From Alphaproteobacteria bacterium (lineage in GTDB: Bacteria; Pseudomonadota; Alphaproteobacteria; UBA828): DNA of 64,000 nt. The notes beneath the pieces were generated by a model. That model did no database searches. It was not told where the DNA came from and worked only from the letters and a program-made list of their open reading frames with translations. This document shows positions 38,616 through 49,180 of the stretch, piece after piece (the first letter of the stretch is position 1; each line of letters starts with the position of its first letter). The position numbers and the translations under genes were made by a program. The stretch spans positions 512,001-576,000 of the forward strand of contig CBDEFM010000002.1 in assembly GCA_965237415.1 (NCBI GenBank), given 5' to 3'.

Positions 38616-39371
38616 TCACCGCCAGTCGCCCGCGAGGGCCTGCCAACAGGCCAATGCTGCCGCTACGGCAGTCTCCGCGCGCAGCGTGCGCGGGCCGAGG
38701 CGGGCGCGCACGGCCGCCGGATGATCGGCGATCGAGCGCCGTTCGGAGGGCGTAAATCCGCCCTCGGGCCCGACCAGGATCGCCCAGGGCGTGCCTGCGC
38801 CACCCGACAGCGCGTCGGCGACCGTCGGATCGGCCTCGGGGTCGCAAACGAGCAGCCGGCGGTCGGGCGGCCAGCCGGCGAGCGCGTCGGCGAGGGAGCA
38901 CGGGGGTGCAATCGACGGCACGTCGAGGCGGCCGCACTGCTCCGCCGCCTCGATCGCATGCGCACGGAGCCGCTCGACGTTGACGCGCGCGGTCTGGCCA
39001 TGCCGGGTGAGCACCGGGCGGATGGCGCCGACCCCAAGCTCGGTCGCCTTCTCGATCACGAAGCGGGTGCGGGTCGTCTTGAGCGGCGCGAACAGGAGGT
39101 GCAAATCGGGCGCCGGCATCTGCTCCGCGGTCCGCGTGGCGATGCGAACGGCTGCGCGGTGGGGCGCGATGGTCTCGATGGCGCCCGCCCACTCCCCATC
39201 TCGCCCGTTGAAGAGGCGAATCCGGTCGCCCGGCGCCTGGCGCATCACGTTGCGGAGGTAATGGGCCTGGCCGGGTGCCAGCGCGATCGCATCGCCCGCA
39301 TCGAGCGCGGTCTCGACGAAGAGCCGGATCGTGCTCCGGCCATCATCACGCTCCCGCTCCCTCCCGTCCAT
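38616..39371 (-). CDS. rsmE: 16S rRNA m3U1498 methyltransferase
   Basis: EKATELGV, EAAEQC, GPEGGF, LRAETA. Confidence 0.95.
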   Translation of the reverse strand: MDGRERERDDGRSTIRLFVETALDAGDAIALAPGQAHYLRNVMRQAPGDRIRLFNGRDGEWAGAIETIAPHRAAVRIATRTAEQMPAPDLHLLFAPLKTTRTRFVIEKATELGVGAIRPVLTRHGQTARVNVERLRAHAIEAAEQCGRLDVPSIAPPCSLADALAGWPPDRRLLVCDPEADPTVADALSGGAGTPWAILVGPEGGFTPSERRSIADHPAAVRARLGPRTLRAETAVAAALACWQALAGDWR

Positions 39372-39421
39372 GGGCGGCTCTCCGCTTGTCACTGCCAGAG
39401 CGCCACGATACACCAGCAGCC

Positions 39422-40357
39422 ATGGTCGAGCGCCTGCACAACGGAGCCTCGGCGCCCTCTGGACGTGGGCCCGGGGGGCCTGGTCCCGTCGAGCGGGCGA
39501 TGCCGCCATTCGCGCGCCCCTTCGTGGCGCTGGCCCGGTTGGATCAGCCGGTCGGCGTGTGGCTCCTGCTCTGGCCGTGTCTCTGGGCCATCGGACTTGC
39601 CTCTGACGGTCTGCCGGATCTGGAGTTGCTGGTGCTCTTCACCGCCGGCGCGTTCGTGATGCGGGCCGCCGGCTGCACCCTCAACGACATCTTCGACCGC
39701 GACTTCGATGCACGCGTGGAGCGCACCCGCCGGCGTCCGCTGCCTTCCGGCGCCATCGGGGTGAAGGGGGCCGTCGCCTTTATGGCGGTGCTGTTGGGCG
39801 CGGGCCTCGCCATTCTGCTGCAGTTCAACCTGTTCGCGATCTTGCTTGGAGTGGGCTCGCTGCTGCTGGTGGTCCTCTACCCCCTGATGAAGCGCATCAC
39901 TTACTGGCCGCAGGCCTTCCTCGGCCTCACCTTCAACTACGGTGCGCTGCTGGGCTGGGCTGCGGTCGAGGGTGGCCTCGGCTGGCCGGCGGGTCTGCTC
40001 TATGTCGCCGGCATCGCCTGGACCTTGGGCTACGACACGATCTACGCCCATCAGGACAAGGAGGACGACCTCCTGATCGGGGTGAAGTCCAGCGCAATCG
40101 CGCTCGGCCAGCGGACGCGGCCGTTCCTGATCGCGTTCTATGTTACCGCTGTGGCGGGCTTCGTCGGGGTCGGAGTCGCCGCGTCCGTGGCTTGGCCCTA
40201 CTACGTGGGCGTGGCGGTGGCCGCGCTGCTGCTCGCCTGGCAGGCGCTCCGCGTGCGCATTGATAACCCCGCCGACTGCCTCGCCAAATTCAAGAACAAC
40301 AGCCTGGTCGGCCTCGCGCTCTTCGCCGGTATCGTCGCCGCGCAGGCGCTCGGCTGA
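39422..40357 (+). CDS. ubiA: 4-hydroxybenzoate octaprenyltransferase
   Basis: AGCTLND..DRDFD..VERT..RP, YDTIYAHQD.EDD. Confidence 0.95.
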   Translation: MVERLHNGASAPSGRGPGGPGPVERAMPPFARPFVALARLDQPVGVWLLLWPCLWAIGLASDGLPDLELLVLFTAGAFVMRAAGCTLNDIFDRDFDARVERTRRRPLPSGAIGVKGAVAFMAVLLGAGLAILLQFNLFAILLGVGSLLLVVLYPLMKRITYWPQAFLGLTFNYGALLGWAAVEGGLGWPAGLLYVAGIAWTLGYDTIYAHQDKEDDLLIGVKSSAIALGQRTRPFLIAFYVTAVAGFVGVGVAASVAWPYYVGVAVAALLLAWQALRVRIDNPADCLAKFKNNSLVGLALFAGIVAAQALG

Positions 40358-40360
40358 CGG

Positions 40361-41185
40361 TCACGGCGCCGTCGGCGCAAAGTCCCTGTAGGAGAAGGGC
40401 TGCGCCTGCGCCCTGAGCAGCGCCGTGCGTGCGCGCCTGATTGCATCGTCGTCGATCGCCTCCTGGATGAACGCATCCAGCGGCCCTGGCACGCCGAGCA
40501 TGGCCTGAATCGTCTGCAGCGCCTCCGTTTGCGAGCAGGTGCGGAAGCGCCGGCGCTCGGCCCGGATGGCGGCGAGCGCGAGTGGCTCTCCTTCAGGCGC
40601 GATGTGACCGAATCCGCCGACATAACTGCTCACCGTGTCCATGGCCGGCAGCAGGTCGGGCTCCAGCCGGACGTTGTTCAGCTGGCCGAAGAGATAGGTG
40701 TGCCGGCGGAATTCGGTCTCGTGCATGCGCGCGAGCTCGCGATCGTCGAGGTAGGTGACGGCGATGTCGCAGACGGTGTCGGGGGAGCGCTCGATCGTCG
40801 CCGGCACCGCGCCGTAGCTCGAGATATGGGCGGCGTGGACGACGTCGAAATCATGAAGCCTCGCATTGAGGACCGGGAAAACCGCCTGCCCGATGAGGGC
40901 GAACTTTCGCCGCAGACGCTCGGGCGCGGCGTTGGCGCCATAGGCCAATACCGGCGTGCGTTGCCCGAGCGGGGCCGGGGCGGCGATCCCGCGTCTCCGC
41001 AACAGGGTTCCGGCCGGCACCGCTCGTCCGTCGACTTCGATCTCAGCCTCCTCCAGCGACTCGCCGAGGGAGAGCAGGGGCAGCGCCTCGCCATCCACGA
41101 AGAGGAAGGAATAGCTCGGCCGCGGGAAGGGATAACCTTTCGCGGTCTCGACCGTCTCGGCGCGGGGCAGGGTCACGGACAGCAA
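40361..41185 (-). CDS. Hypothetical protein, possible gamma-glutamylcyclotransferase-like fold
   Basis: VLAYGAN motif and a later MHETE segment; fold assignment is inference. Confidence 0.6.
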   Translation of the reverse strand: MLSVTLPRAETVETAKGYPFPRPSYSFLFVDGEALPLLSLGESLEEAEIEVDGRAVPAGTLLRRRGIAAPAPLGQRTPVLAYGANAAPERLRRKFALIGQAVFPVLNARLHDFDVVHAAHISSYGAVPATIERSPDTVCDIAVTYLDDRELARMHETEFRRHTYLFGQLNNVRLEPDLLPAMDTVSSYVGGFGHIAPEGEPLALAAIRAERRRFRTCSQTEALQTIQAMLGVPGPLDAFIQEAIDDDAIRRARTALLRAQAQPFSYRDFAPTAP

Positions 41186-41286
41186 GGCTCCGGCTGCATC
41201 CCTACGTGCGCCATCGCCGCCCGCCCGTGCGGGCTTGACGGGGGCCGGCGTGTGCCCATGAATGCCCGCAACCCGCCGAGGTGCCC

Positions 41287-42795
41287 ATGGCCTATCGATC
41301 GCTGCGCGACTTCATCGCCCGCCTGGAAAGCACGGGCCGCCTGAACCGGGTCTCGGCGCCGGTCTCGCCCTATCTGGAGATGACCGAGATCCAGACCCGC
41401 CTCATCGCCGAGCAGGGGCCGGCGGTGCTCTTCGAGAACGTCGTGGGCGACGAGGGCACGCGCTACGACATGCCGGTTCTGGTCAACCTCTTCGGCACCG
41501 TAGAGCGGGTTGCCTGGGGCATGAACCGGGAGCCCGGCCAGCTTCGCGAGGTCGGCGAGACGCTGGCCTTCCTGCGCCAGCCCGAGCCGCCGAGCGGCTG
41601 GCGCGAAGCGATCGAGATGCTGCCGCTTCTCAACACGGTTCGCGCGATGAAGCCCCGCACCATCGGCGCCGGGCCGGTGCAGGAGGTGGTGCTCATGGGC
41701 GATGACATCGATCTCGGCCGGCTCCCGATCCAGACCTGCTGGCCGGGCGAGCCGGCACCGCTCATCACCTGGCCTCTCGTCGTCACCAAGGGCCCGAGCC
41801 GCTCGCGCATCGACAACTACAACCTCGGCATCTACCGGATGCAGGTGGTGGGGCGGGACAAGACGCTGATGCGCTGGCTGGCGCATCGCGGCGGCGCCCA
41901 GCAGCATCGGCGCTGGGCGGAGGAAAAGCAGGAGCCCCTGCCGGCCGCGGCGGTGATTGGCGCCGATCCAGGCACTATACTTGCGGCGGTGACGCCGGTG
42001 CCGGATACGCTCTCGGAATACCAGTTCTCGGGCCTCCTGCGCGGCCAGAAGGTCGAGCTCGTGCGGGCCAAGACGGTGCCGCTCGAGGTTCCGGCCGAAG
42101 CCGAGATCGTCATCGAAGGCCACGTCAGCCTCGACGACTATCGGGACGAAGGCCCCTTCGGCGATCATACAGGCTACTACAACGCGGTCGAGCCGTTCCC
42201 CGTGTTCACGGTCTCCGCCATCACCATGCGGCGCGATCCGATCTATCTCTCGACCTATACCGGGCGCCCGCCCGACGAGCCGAGCATCCTCGGCGAGGCG
42301 CTCAATGAAGTCTTCATCCCGCTCCTCGTCCAGCAGTTCCCGGAGATCGTCGACTTCTGGCTGCCGCCGGAAGGCTGCAGCTACCGGATCGCGGTGGTCT
42401 CCATCAAGAAATCGTACGCGGGCCACGCCAAGCGCGTGATGATGGCCGTCTGGTCCTATCTGCGTCAGTTCATGTATACGAAATGGGTGATCGTGGTGGA
42501 CGACGACATCGACGCGCGCGACTGGAAGGACGTGATGTGGGCGGTCTCCACGCGCATGGACCCGGCGCGCGACATCACGATCGTCGAGAACACGCCGATC
42601 GACTATCTCGATTTCGCGAGCCCTGAGCCGGGGCTCGGCGCCAAGATCGGCCTCGATGCGACCACGAAGATCGGGCCCGAGACCAGCCGCAGTTGGGGGC
42701 GTCGCATCCGTATGGCGGACGACATCGTGGAGCGGGTGACGGGCAAGTGGGACTCCTACGGCCTGCCCGGCTCCGGCAAACCGATCTGGCGGTGA
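41287..42795 (+). CDS. ubiD: UbiD family decarboxylase (3-octaprenyl-4-hydroxybenzoate carboxy-lyase)
   Basis: [32 protein letters not shown]. Confidence 0.95.
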   Translation: MAYRSLRDFIARLESTGRLNRVSAPVSPYLEMTEIQTRLIAEQGPAVLFENVVGDEGTRYDMPVLVNLFGTVERVAWGMNREPGQLREVGETLAFLRQPEPPSGWREAIEMLPLLNTVRAMKPRTIGAGPVQEVVLMGDDIDLGRLPIQTCWPGEPAPLITWPLVVTKGPSRSRIDNYNLGIYRMQVVGRDKTLMRWLAHRGGAQQHRRWAEEKQEPLPAAAVIGADPGTILAAVTPVPDTLSEYQFSGLLRGQKVELVRAKTVPLEVPAEAEIVIEGHVSLDDYRDEGPFGDHTGYYNAVEPFPVFTVSAITMRRDPIYLSTYTGRPPDEPSILGEALNEVFIPLLVQQFPEIVDFWLPPEGCSYRIAVVSIKKSYAGHAKRVMMAVWSYLRQFMYTKWVIVVDDDIDARDWKDVMWAVSTRMDPARDITIVENTPIDYLDFASPEPGLGAKIGLDATTKIGPETSRSWGRRIRMADDIVERVTGKWDSYGLPGSGKPIWR

Positions 42796-42820
42796 GCCGC
42801 ACACACGCGAGGAATTCGAC

Positions 42821-43771
42821 ATGACAGGCAAGACTGCATTCGTCACCGGCGCATCGGGCTTCATCGGGGTCAATCTGGTGAAGCAGCTTGGCGAGGCCGG
42901 TTGGTCGGTGATCGCGATGCACCGCGAGACCTCGGACCTGACGTATCTGCGGCAGTTCCCGGCGACCCGGGTGGTGGGCGACATCGGGGATCGGGAGTTT
43001 CTTGAAGGCGCGATCCCGGAAGGCGTCGATGCCGTCTTCCACGTCGCCGGCAACGTGAGCTTCGATTCGGCCCGCGACGAAGCCCAGACCCACGCCAACG
43101 TGGCGGGCACCCGCGCCGTGGTCGAGGTGGCCAAGGCCAAGAACGTCGGGCGCTTCATCCACACCTCCACGGGCGCGGTGTTCGGCCTCCATGACGGTGT
43201 GCCGATCGACGAAACCGCGCCATCCAACGCCGACGAGATCGGGGTCAATTACTGCAGCACCAAGAAGGCGGCCGAGGACATCGTGCTGGAGGCAGCGGCT
43301 GGTGGCCTCGATGCGGTGTGCGTCAACCCCGGCAGCGTAGTCGGTCCCTACGACCGGGTGATCTGGGGCCCCTTCGTCCAGGCCATCGCGAGCGGCGCGA
43401 TGAGGACGGTCGGCACGGGCGGTGGCGCCTTCTGCCATATCGACGAGACCGCGAAGGCGCACATCAGCGCCTACGAGCGGGGCAGGCGAGGGGAGCGCTA
43501 CATTCTCGCCGGCGCCAACGAGAAATTCGCCACTGCCGCCCGCATCGTGGCCGAAATCGTCGGAGTCGAACCGCCGGAGCCGACGAGCGAACGCAACCCC
43601 GACGTGAGCGACGAGATTCACTTCGTCACCAACCGGACTCAGATCATGCTGTGCGACAAGGCAGTGCGAGAGCTCGGCTTCAAGCCGGTGCCGCTCCGCA
43701 CCATGTTGGAAGATTTGTGCGCCTGGATGCGGGCGGGGGGGCTGCTGCCCGCCTCCGCACCCGCCTCTTGA
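42821..43771 (+). CDS. NAD-dependent epimerase/dehydratase (HpnA/DFR-like extended SDR)
   Basis: TGASGFIG, FHVAG, YCSTK, GERYIL. Confidence 0.85.
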   Translation: MTGKTAFVTGASGFIGVNLVKQLGEAGWSVIAMHRETSDLTYLRQFPATRVVGDIGDREFLEGAIPEGVDAVFHVAGNVSFDSARDEAQTHANVAGTRAVVEVAKAKNVGRFIHTSTGAVFGLHDGVPIDETAPSNADEIGVNYCSTKKAAEDIVLEAAAGGLDAVCVNPGSVVGPYDRVIWGPFVQAIASGAMRTVGTGGGAFCHIDETAKAHISAYERGRRGERYILAGANEKFATAARIVAEIVGVEPPEPTSERNPDVSDEIHFVTNRTQIMLCDKAVRELGFKPVPLRTMLEDLCAWMRAGGLLPASAPAS

Positions 43772-43777
43772 ATCGTT

Positions 43778-43909
43778 CTACGGAACGATTCCGCCTGCCG
43801 AGAGGCCGGCGAGGACGCCGATAATGAGGACGACGAGGCCGAGCCCCGCCACATAAGGGATTCGTGCCCGTGTCAGCTCCTCGAGCGAGGGGCCGTGTTC
43901 GTCGCTCAT
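43778..43909 (-). CDS. 43-aa single-TM small protein (not in ORF track)
   Basis: MSDEHGPSLEELTRARIPYVAGLGLVVLIIGVLAGLSAGGIVP; AGAAGGAGA RBS upstream. Confidence 0.62.
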   Translation of the reverse strand: MSDEHGPSLEELTRARIPYVAGLGLVVLIIGVLAGLSAGGIVP

Positions 43910-43998
43910 CGACGTCTCCTTCTCTTCTCAGACTCGGCGCGGCGCCGTTCGCGGGCGGAACATGCCTCAACCGGCGCCGCGATGCCAGCCCTACTGAG

Positions 43999-44796
43999 CT
44001 ACTCGGCGGCTTGGTGCCGTATCGTCGGCGCGGGCTCCAGCGGCTGCAGCGCATAGCCGCGCTCGGTGAGCGTCGCGCCGATGGTCGTGGCGAGATCGAC
44101 CGCGTTCGGCCCGTCCCCATGGAGGCAGATGCTGCGGGCCGAGATCGGCACACGCGCGCCGTTGATGCTGAGGGTGTTGCCAGTATCCAGGAAGAGGCCG
44201 AGTTTGTGCCGGGTCTCGTCGAGGTCCGCACCCTCGTTGGAGCGCTTCAACGCGAGGGTTCCATCATCCTCGTAGGGAAGATCGAAATAGAGCTCGGGCA
44301 CCACATCGATGCCCATCTCCGCCGCGATCTTCGTCACTGCGTGACGCTCGACCGGTGCCGGGTAATAAATCATCGGCGCCGGACAGAGATCGATCACCGC
44401 GCGGGCGAAGGCCTCCCCCAGCGCTTCGTCGTCGTTCAGCATGCGATAGAGGGCGCCGTGCGGCTTGACGTGATGGAGTGCCATGCCGTTGGCCTCTAGC
44501 GCCGCCCTGAGCGCGCCGGTCTGGTAGACCACATAGGCGTAGAGCTCGTCCGGCGTGATCGCCATGACCCGGCGCCCGAAACCCATGAGGTCCGGCAGAC
44601 CCGGATGGGAGCCCACGGCGACGCCGTTCTCCTTGGCGAGCGCGATGGTCTTCATCATGGTCATGGGGTCGCCGGCATGGAAGCCGCAGGCGACGTTCGC
44701 CGTGGTGACGTGGGGCATGAGCGCCTCGTCCGCCCCCATGACCCAGTTGCCGAAGCTCTCGCCGCAATCGATGTTGATGTCGAAGGTTCCGGCCAT
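43999..44796 (-). CDS. pxpA: 5-oxoprolinase subunit A (LamB/YcsF)
   Basis: DCGESFG, ANVACGFHAGDP, HVKPHGALY, SICLHGD; GAGGAG RBS. Confidence 0.9.
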   Translation of the reverse strand: MAGTFDINIDCGESFGNWVMGADEALMPHVTTANVACGFHAGDPMTMMKTIALAKENGVAVGSHPGLPDLMGFGRRVMAITPDELYAYVVYQTGALRAALEANGMALHHVKPHGALYRMLNDDEALGEAFARAVIDLCPAPMIYYPAPVERHAVTKIAAEMGIDVVPELYFDLPYEDDGTLALKRSNEGADLDETRHKLGLFLDTGNTLSINGARVPISARSICLHGDGPNAVDLATTIGATLTERGYALQPLEPAPTIRHQAAE

Positions 44797-45051
44797 GCCG
44801 CGATCTCCTCGTCTGCACAATCCCACACCATCATGCCCCGGTATGCCGGCCGCGGGAAGCCCGAAGCGGCGAACCCCGGCCGTCACGATAGCGACCACGA
44901 TAGTGATCGGTCACGCGTCCGACGGTGGTGTGCGAACGGCGCCCTATGGCGTTGCCAGGGGTACGCGACAGTTAGCAGGACAACGGTTAAGGGAGGACGT
45001 GAAATTGTGGGTCGCGGCTGTTATTTGATATCATTTCTTATATAAACCGTA

Positions 45052-45064
45052 CAACACATTGATA
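45052..45064 (-). promoter_or_regulatory. IHF-like site in AT-rich patch
   Basis: Minus strand TATCAATGTGTTG matches WATCAANNNNTTR. Confidence 0.4.
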
Positions 45065-45075
45065 TAAAGAAATTT

Positions 45076-45960
45076 TTACTCCCCCCTAAGGCTGTACAGC
45101 ACGATCCGGTTGTTGCTGGTATCCGAGACCCAAAGCCGCTGCCCTTGGATTTCCGCCCCCTCCGGGTGATCGAGCGCGCCGGACCCGCCCTCGGCCCGCC
45201 TCCCTCCCAAGACACCCCGGATGCGGTAATCCCGGTCGAGAATGACGACACGGTCGTTGTATTCGTCGGCGAGATAGATCCACCCCCGTGTGTCGATCGT
45301 GAAGTATTTCGGCTCATTGAACCCGTAAGCGGGGCCGCCGACGGTGCGAACGAAGCCGAGGTCGGCATCGAGGATCTGCAGCCGGTCGTTGCCGGGGTCG
45401 GCGACCACGACGCGGCCGTCGGGCGCCGCCTCGACATCGTGGGGCCGGGAATACCGATTGTCGTCGCTGCCGCCCCCGCCGACTTCGCCGACGACCGCGC
45501 CGTCGCGGATTGTCGTCACGGTGTGACGCGAGGCGCTGGTGACGTAGATCGTGCCGTCGGCGGCGACATCGACGCCCTCCGGTTTGCGCAAGGGATCGCC
45601 AATTGCGCCGACGAACACGCCCGAGGCGCCGTCCACCTCGTAAATTGCGATGCGATGGTTATGGGTGTCGGCGACCAGCAGGCGCCCCTGCCGGTCGAAG
45701 GCCACGTCGTGCGGGCCCGACAGCTGGCCCGCGGCGAATGTGCCGAGGGTGGCCAGTGTGGTTGGATCGAGCACTTTGATACGGTCGTTGCCGACATCGG
45801 CGACATAGAGGAAGGCGCCGTCGGCCGACAGCACTAGATCGTGCGGCTGCGAGAAGTCCCGATCGGATTCCGCGACGATGGTGCCGCTGACCTCTGCCGC
45901 CGCTGCGCTGGCGAGCAGGCAGATCGCGCCCGCCAGCACTCCTCCCAGAAGTGACCTCAT
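45076..45960 (-). CDS. Secreted NHL-repeat (beta-propeller) protein
   Basis: Signal peptide; six P..(V/L)...YVAD..N.RI-type repeats. Confidence 0.88.
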   Translation of the reverse strand: MRSLLGGVLAGAICLLASAAAAEVSGTIVAESDRDFSQPHDLVLSADGAFLYVADVGNDRIKVLDPTTLATLGTFAAGQLSGPHDVAFDRQGRLLVADTHNHRIAIYEVDGASGVFVGAIGDPLRKPEGVDVAADGTIYVTSASRHTVTTIRDGAVVGEVGGGGSDDNRYSRPHDVEAAPDGRVVVADPGNDRLQILDADLGFVRTVGGPAYGFNEPKYFTIDTRGWIYLADEYNDRVVILDRDYRIRGVLGGRRAEGGSGALDHPEGAEIQGQRLWVSDTSNNRIVLYSLRGE

Positions 45961-46136
45961 GCCTGCTCCCCCACACATTCACCGGTGACCCAGAATAGCC
46001 GATTGCGCGATCAGCGCGGACTCGCCTCCACGTATTGTGACCGATTCCCATCGGACCGTCCGCATGATCGAGGCTGGCAGCCAAACGCGGTTCTTGCTAC
46101 AAGGGCGCCGCTCCCCCCCGGATATCGGTTTGCGGC

Positions 46137-46754
46137 ATGAGCGAGCCCACGCGCACGGCCCGCGTCGAGCGGGTTACCAAAGAGACGAATATTTCCGTTT
46201 CCGTCGATCTCGACGGCCGCGGTTGCTCGCAGATTGCGACTGGAATCGGCTTTCTCGATCACATGCTGGAGCAGCTCTCGCGGCACAGCCTGATCGATAT
46301 CGACTGCACGGCCGAGGGCGACATCGACGTGACGCTGCATCACACGGTCGAAGACACCGGCATTACAATCGGCGAGGCCGTGAGTCAGGCCCTCGGCGAG
46401 CGGCGCGGCATCCGCCGCTATGGCAGCGCCGTGATTCCCATGGACGAGGCGTGCGCGCGCGTCTCCCTCGACGCGAGCAACCGGCCCTATCTGATCTGGC
46501 GGGTCCAGTTCGAGAAACCGCGCCTCGACGGTATGGACACCGAGCACTTCAAGGAGTGGTTCCAGGCGTTCGCGCAGGCGGCGGGGCTCACGCTCCATGT
46601 CGAGGTCATGTACGGCGAGAACAGCCATCACATGATCGAGGCCTGCTACAAGGGCCTCGCGCGGGCGTTGCGCCAGGCGATCGAGCCCGATCCACGCATG
46701 GCCGGCGAGGTTCCCTCCACCAAGGGCGTGCTCGGCGGCAGCCTGGAGGCCTGA
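46137..46754 (+). CDS. hisB: Imidazoleglycerol-phosphate dehydratase
   Basis: [28 protein letters not shown]. Confidence 0.97.
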   Translation: MSEPTRTARVERVTKETNISVSVDLDGRGCSQIATGIGFLDHMLEQLSRHSLIDIDCTAEGDIDVTLHHTVEDTGITIGEAVSQALGERRGIRRYGSAVIPMDEACARVSLDASNRPYLIWRVQFEKPRLDGMDTEHFKEWFQAFAQAAGLTLHVEVMYGENSHHMIEACYKGLARALRQAIEPDPRMAGEVPSTKGVLGGSLEA

Positions 46755-46758
46755 CCCG

Positions 46759-47229
46759 GTGCGCTTCTACACGGTACACCTCCCGGGCAGCGATGTAGGC
46801 GCGGAGGACGGCACACTGGGTCGCGCCATCCTCGTGCGCGAGGGGTTCAATTGGCTCGCGTTCTTCTTTGCGCCGTTCTGGGCGCTGGCGGAAGGACTGT
46901 GGCTTGCGGCTGTGCCGCTGATCGCCGCGCTGGCGGCGATCGTCGCCGTGCCCCAGGTGTTGGAGCTCGGGCCGCTCCTGCCGGTGGTACTCGGCCTCGG
47001 CTACGGCGTGCTCGCCGGCATGTCGGCGAACGACTTGCGCCGGGCCGGCCTCGCCGCCCGCGGCTATCGCCTGGTGGAGGTGGTCGCGGCGCCAAGCCGC
47101 GCGCAGGCCCTCATCCGCTACGCCGAAGCCATGACACCGGCATCGAGGCCGCAGCCAGCGCCGTCGACCGCCACGGCTCGGGCACCCGGCACACTCGGTC
47201 TGGACCCCAGTCCCGGCTTCTGGAGCTGA
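46759..47229 (+). CDS. DUF2628-like membrane protein
   Basis: VREGFNWLAFFFAPFWAL; typical position between hisB and hisH. Confidence 0.75.
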   Translation: MRFYTVHLPGSDVGAEDGTLGRAILVREGFNWLAFFFAPFWALAEGLWLAAVPLIAALAAIVAVPQVLELGPLLPVVLGLGYGVLAGMSANDLRRAGLAARGYRLVEVVAAPSRAQALIRYAEAMTPASRPQPAPSTATARAPGTLGLDPSPGFWS

Positions 47230-47235
47230 CGCGCC

Positions 47236-47880
47236 GTGACCACCGCGATAATCGATTATGGCTCGGGCAATCTGCGCTCTGCCGCCAAGGCCTTCGAGCG
47301 CGCCGCGGCCGACACCTCGCCGGCGACGCCGGTGCTGGTGACCGACGATCCCGACCGGGTGCGGGACGCGGAGCGAATCGTGCTGCCCGGCGTCGGCGCG
47401 TTCGCCGACTGCAAGGCCGGCCTGGCTGCCCGAGACGGCATGATCGAGGCGCTGGAGGATGCTGTGCTGCGCCGGGGTGTGCCCTTCCTCGGGATCTGCG
47501 TCGGCATGCAGCTCATGGCGCGTGTGGGGCACGAGCATGGCGAGCACGAGGGGCTCGGCTGGATCGACGGCGAGGTCGCGCCGCTCGAGCCCGGTGACGA
47601 GACGCTCAAGGTTCCCCACATGGGGTGGAACGACCTCGCCCTCGCGGGCGAGCCGCATCCGATCCTGAAGGGTCTGCCCGGCGACGCCCATGCCTATTTC
47701 GTCCACAGCTACGGGCTCACGTGCCGCCGGGACGACGAGGTCTTCGCGACCGTCGATTACGGCGGCACCGTCACCGCTGTTGCAGGCCGAGACAACATGG
47801 TCGGCACGCAGTTTCACCCAGAGAAGAGCCAGGAGGTCGGCTTGACCGTGATCGGTAATTTCCTTCGGTGGCAGCCATGA
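47236..47880 (+). CDS. hisH: Imidazole glycerol phosphate synthase, glutaminase subunit
   Basis: DYGSGNL, PGVG, GICVGMQ, QFHPEKS. Confidence 0.97.
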   Translation: MTTAIIDYGSGNLRSAAKAFERAAADTSPATPVLVTDDPDRVRDAERIVLPGVGAFADCKAGLAARDGMIEALEDAVLRRGVPFLGICVGMQLMARVGHEHGEHEGLGWIDGEVAPLEPGDETLKVPHMGWNDLALAGEPHPILKGLPGDAHAYFVHSYGLTCRRDDEVFATVDYGGTVTAVAGRDNMVGTQFHPEKSQEVGLTVIGNFLRWQP

Positions 47881-48440
47881 GTCAGCTCGCAACCATAGGC
47901 CCCCGGATCGAGGTCGGTGTCGTCGAGCGGCTGCGGAAGCGCGAGCTTGCCGAGCTTTGCGATGCCGCCGCCGCTGCGATCAACGACGGTGCCGGATTCG
48001 GCTGGGTGCGTCCGCCTGAGCCTGCCGCCTTCGAGCGCTACTGGCGGGGCGTGACCGTGGTGCCCGAGCGGCTGCTCTTCGTCGGCCGCATGGATGGAGT
48101 GGTGGCGGGATCGGTCCAGCTCGTGTCGGCGCCGCCGCAGAAGGAGGCGTGGCGCCTCTCCTGCCTCATCGACACGCACTTTGTGGCGCCGTGGGCGCGC
48201 GGGCACGGCCTCGCCCGGAGACTGCTGGAGGCGGCCGAGGCGGAAGCGCTGGCGCGCGGCTTCAAGGTGATGAATCTGAGCGTGCGCGAGACCCAGGACG
48301 CCGCCATCGCGCTTTACGAGTCTCTCGGATTCGAGCACTGGGGCACGCATCCCAAGTACGCGTTCGTGGACGGCCAGTCGATCGCCGGCCACTATTACTG
48401 CAAGGACCTGACGGACCGGCCGCCGGACGCGGCGCCGTGA
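47877..48440 (+). CDS. GNAT family N-acetyltransferase
   Basis: [18 protein letters not shown]; overlaps hisH and hisA. Confidence 0.85.
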   Translation: MSQLATIGPRIEVGVVERLRKRELAELCDAAAAAINDGAGFGWVRPPEPAAFERYWRGVTVVPERLLFVGRMDGVVAGSVQLVSAPPQKEAWRLSCLIDTHFVAPWARGHGLARRLLEAAEAEALARGFKVMNLSVRETQDAAIALYESLGFEHWGTHPKYAFVDGQSIAGHYYCKDLTDRPPDAAP

Positions 48441-49162
48441 TCCTCTTTCCCGCGATCGATCTCAAGGACGGCGCCTGTGTGCGCCTCGTGCAAGGAGACA
48501 TGGCGCGGGCGACGGTCTTCTCCGACGACCCTCCGGCGCAGGCACGGGCATTCGCGGCGTCGGGCTTCGCCTGGCTCCACATTGTCGATCTCGACGGCGC
48601 CTTTGCCGGCAAGCCGGTCAACGCCGACGCGGTGGGCGCAATTCTCGACGCGGTCGATCTCCCGGTTCAGCTCGGTGGGGGCATTCGGGACATGGCCACG
48701 ATCGAGGCCTGGCTCGGGCGGGGCGTGCACCGGGTAATCCTCGGCACGGTGGCGGTTCGCAATCCCGATCTCGTGCGTACCGCGTGCCGCGTCTTCCCCG
48801 GCCGGATCGCCGTCGGCATCGACGCGCGCGACGGGCGGGTCGCGGTGGAAGGCTGGGCCGAGACGGTCGACATCGACGCGTTGGATCTGGCGCGTCGATT
48901 CGAGGATGCAGGCGCCGCGGCAATAATCCACACCGACATTGCCCGTGACGGTGCGCTGGAGGGCGTCGCCGCCGCCGCGACAGGCGCGCTCGCGCGGGCG
49001 CTCGCCACGCCGGTCATCGCGTCGGGCGGCGTCGCCTCCCACGACGATCTCGAAGCGCTCAAGGCGTATGAGGCGGACGGCGTCTGCGGCGTGATCTGCG
49101 GCCGCGCCCTCTACGACGGCCGCATCGACCCGGCGCAGGCGCTGGCGCTGCTCGCCGCCTGA
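48437..49162 (+). CDS. hisA: ProFAR isomerase
   Basis: [33 protein letters not shown]. Confidence 0.96.
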   Translation: MILFPAIDLKDGACVRLVQGDMARATVFSDDPPAQARAFAASGFAWLHIVDLDGAFAGKPVNADAVGAILDAVDLPVQLGGGIRDMATIEAWLGRGVHRVILGTVAVRNPDLVRTACRVFPGRIAVGIDARDGRVAVEGWAETVDIDALDLARRFEDAGAAAIIHTDIARDGALEGVAAAATGALARALATPVIASGGVASHDDLEALKAYEADGVCGVICGRALYDGRIDPAQALALLAA

Positions 49163-49180
49163 ACGCGCAGGACCCGCGTC

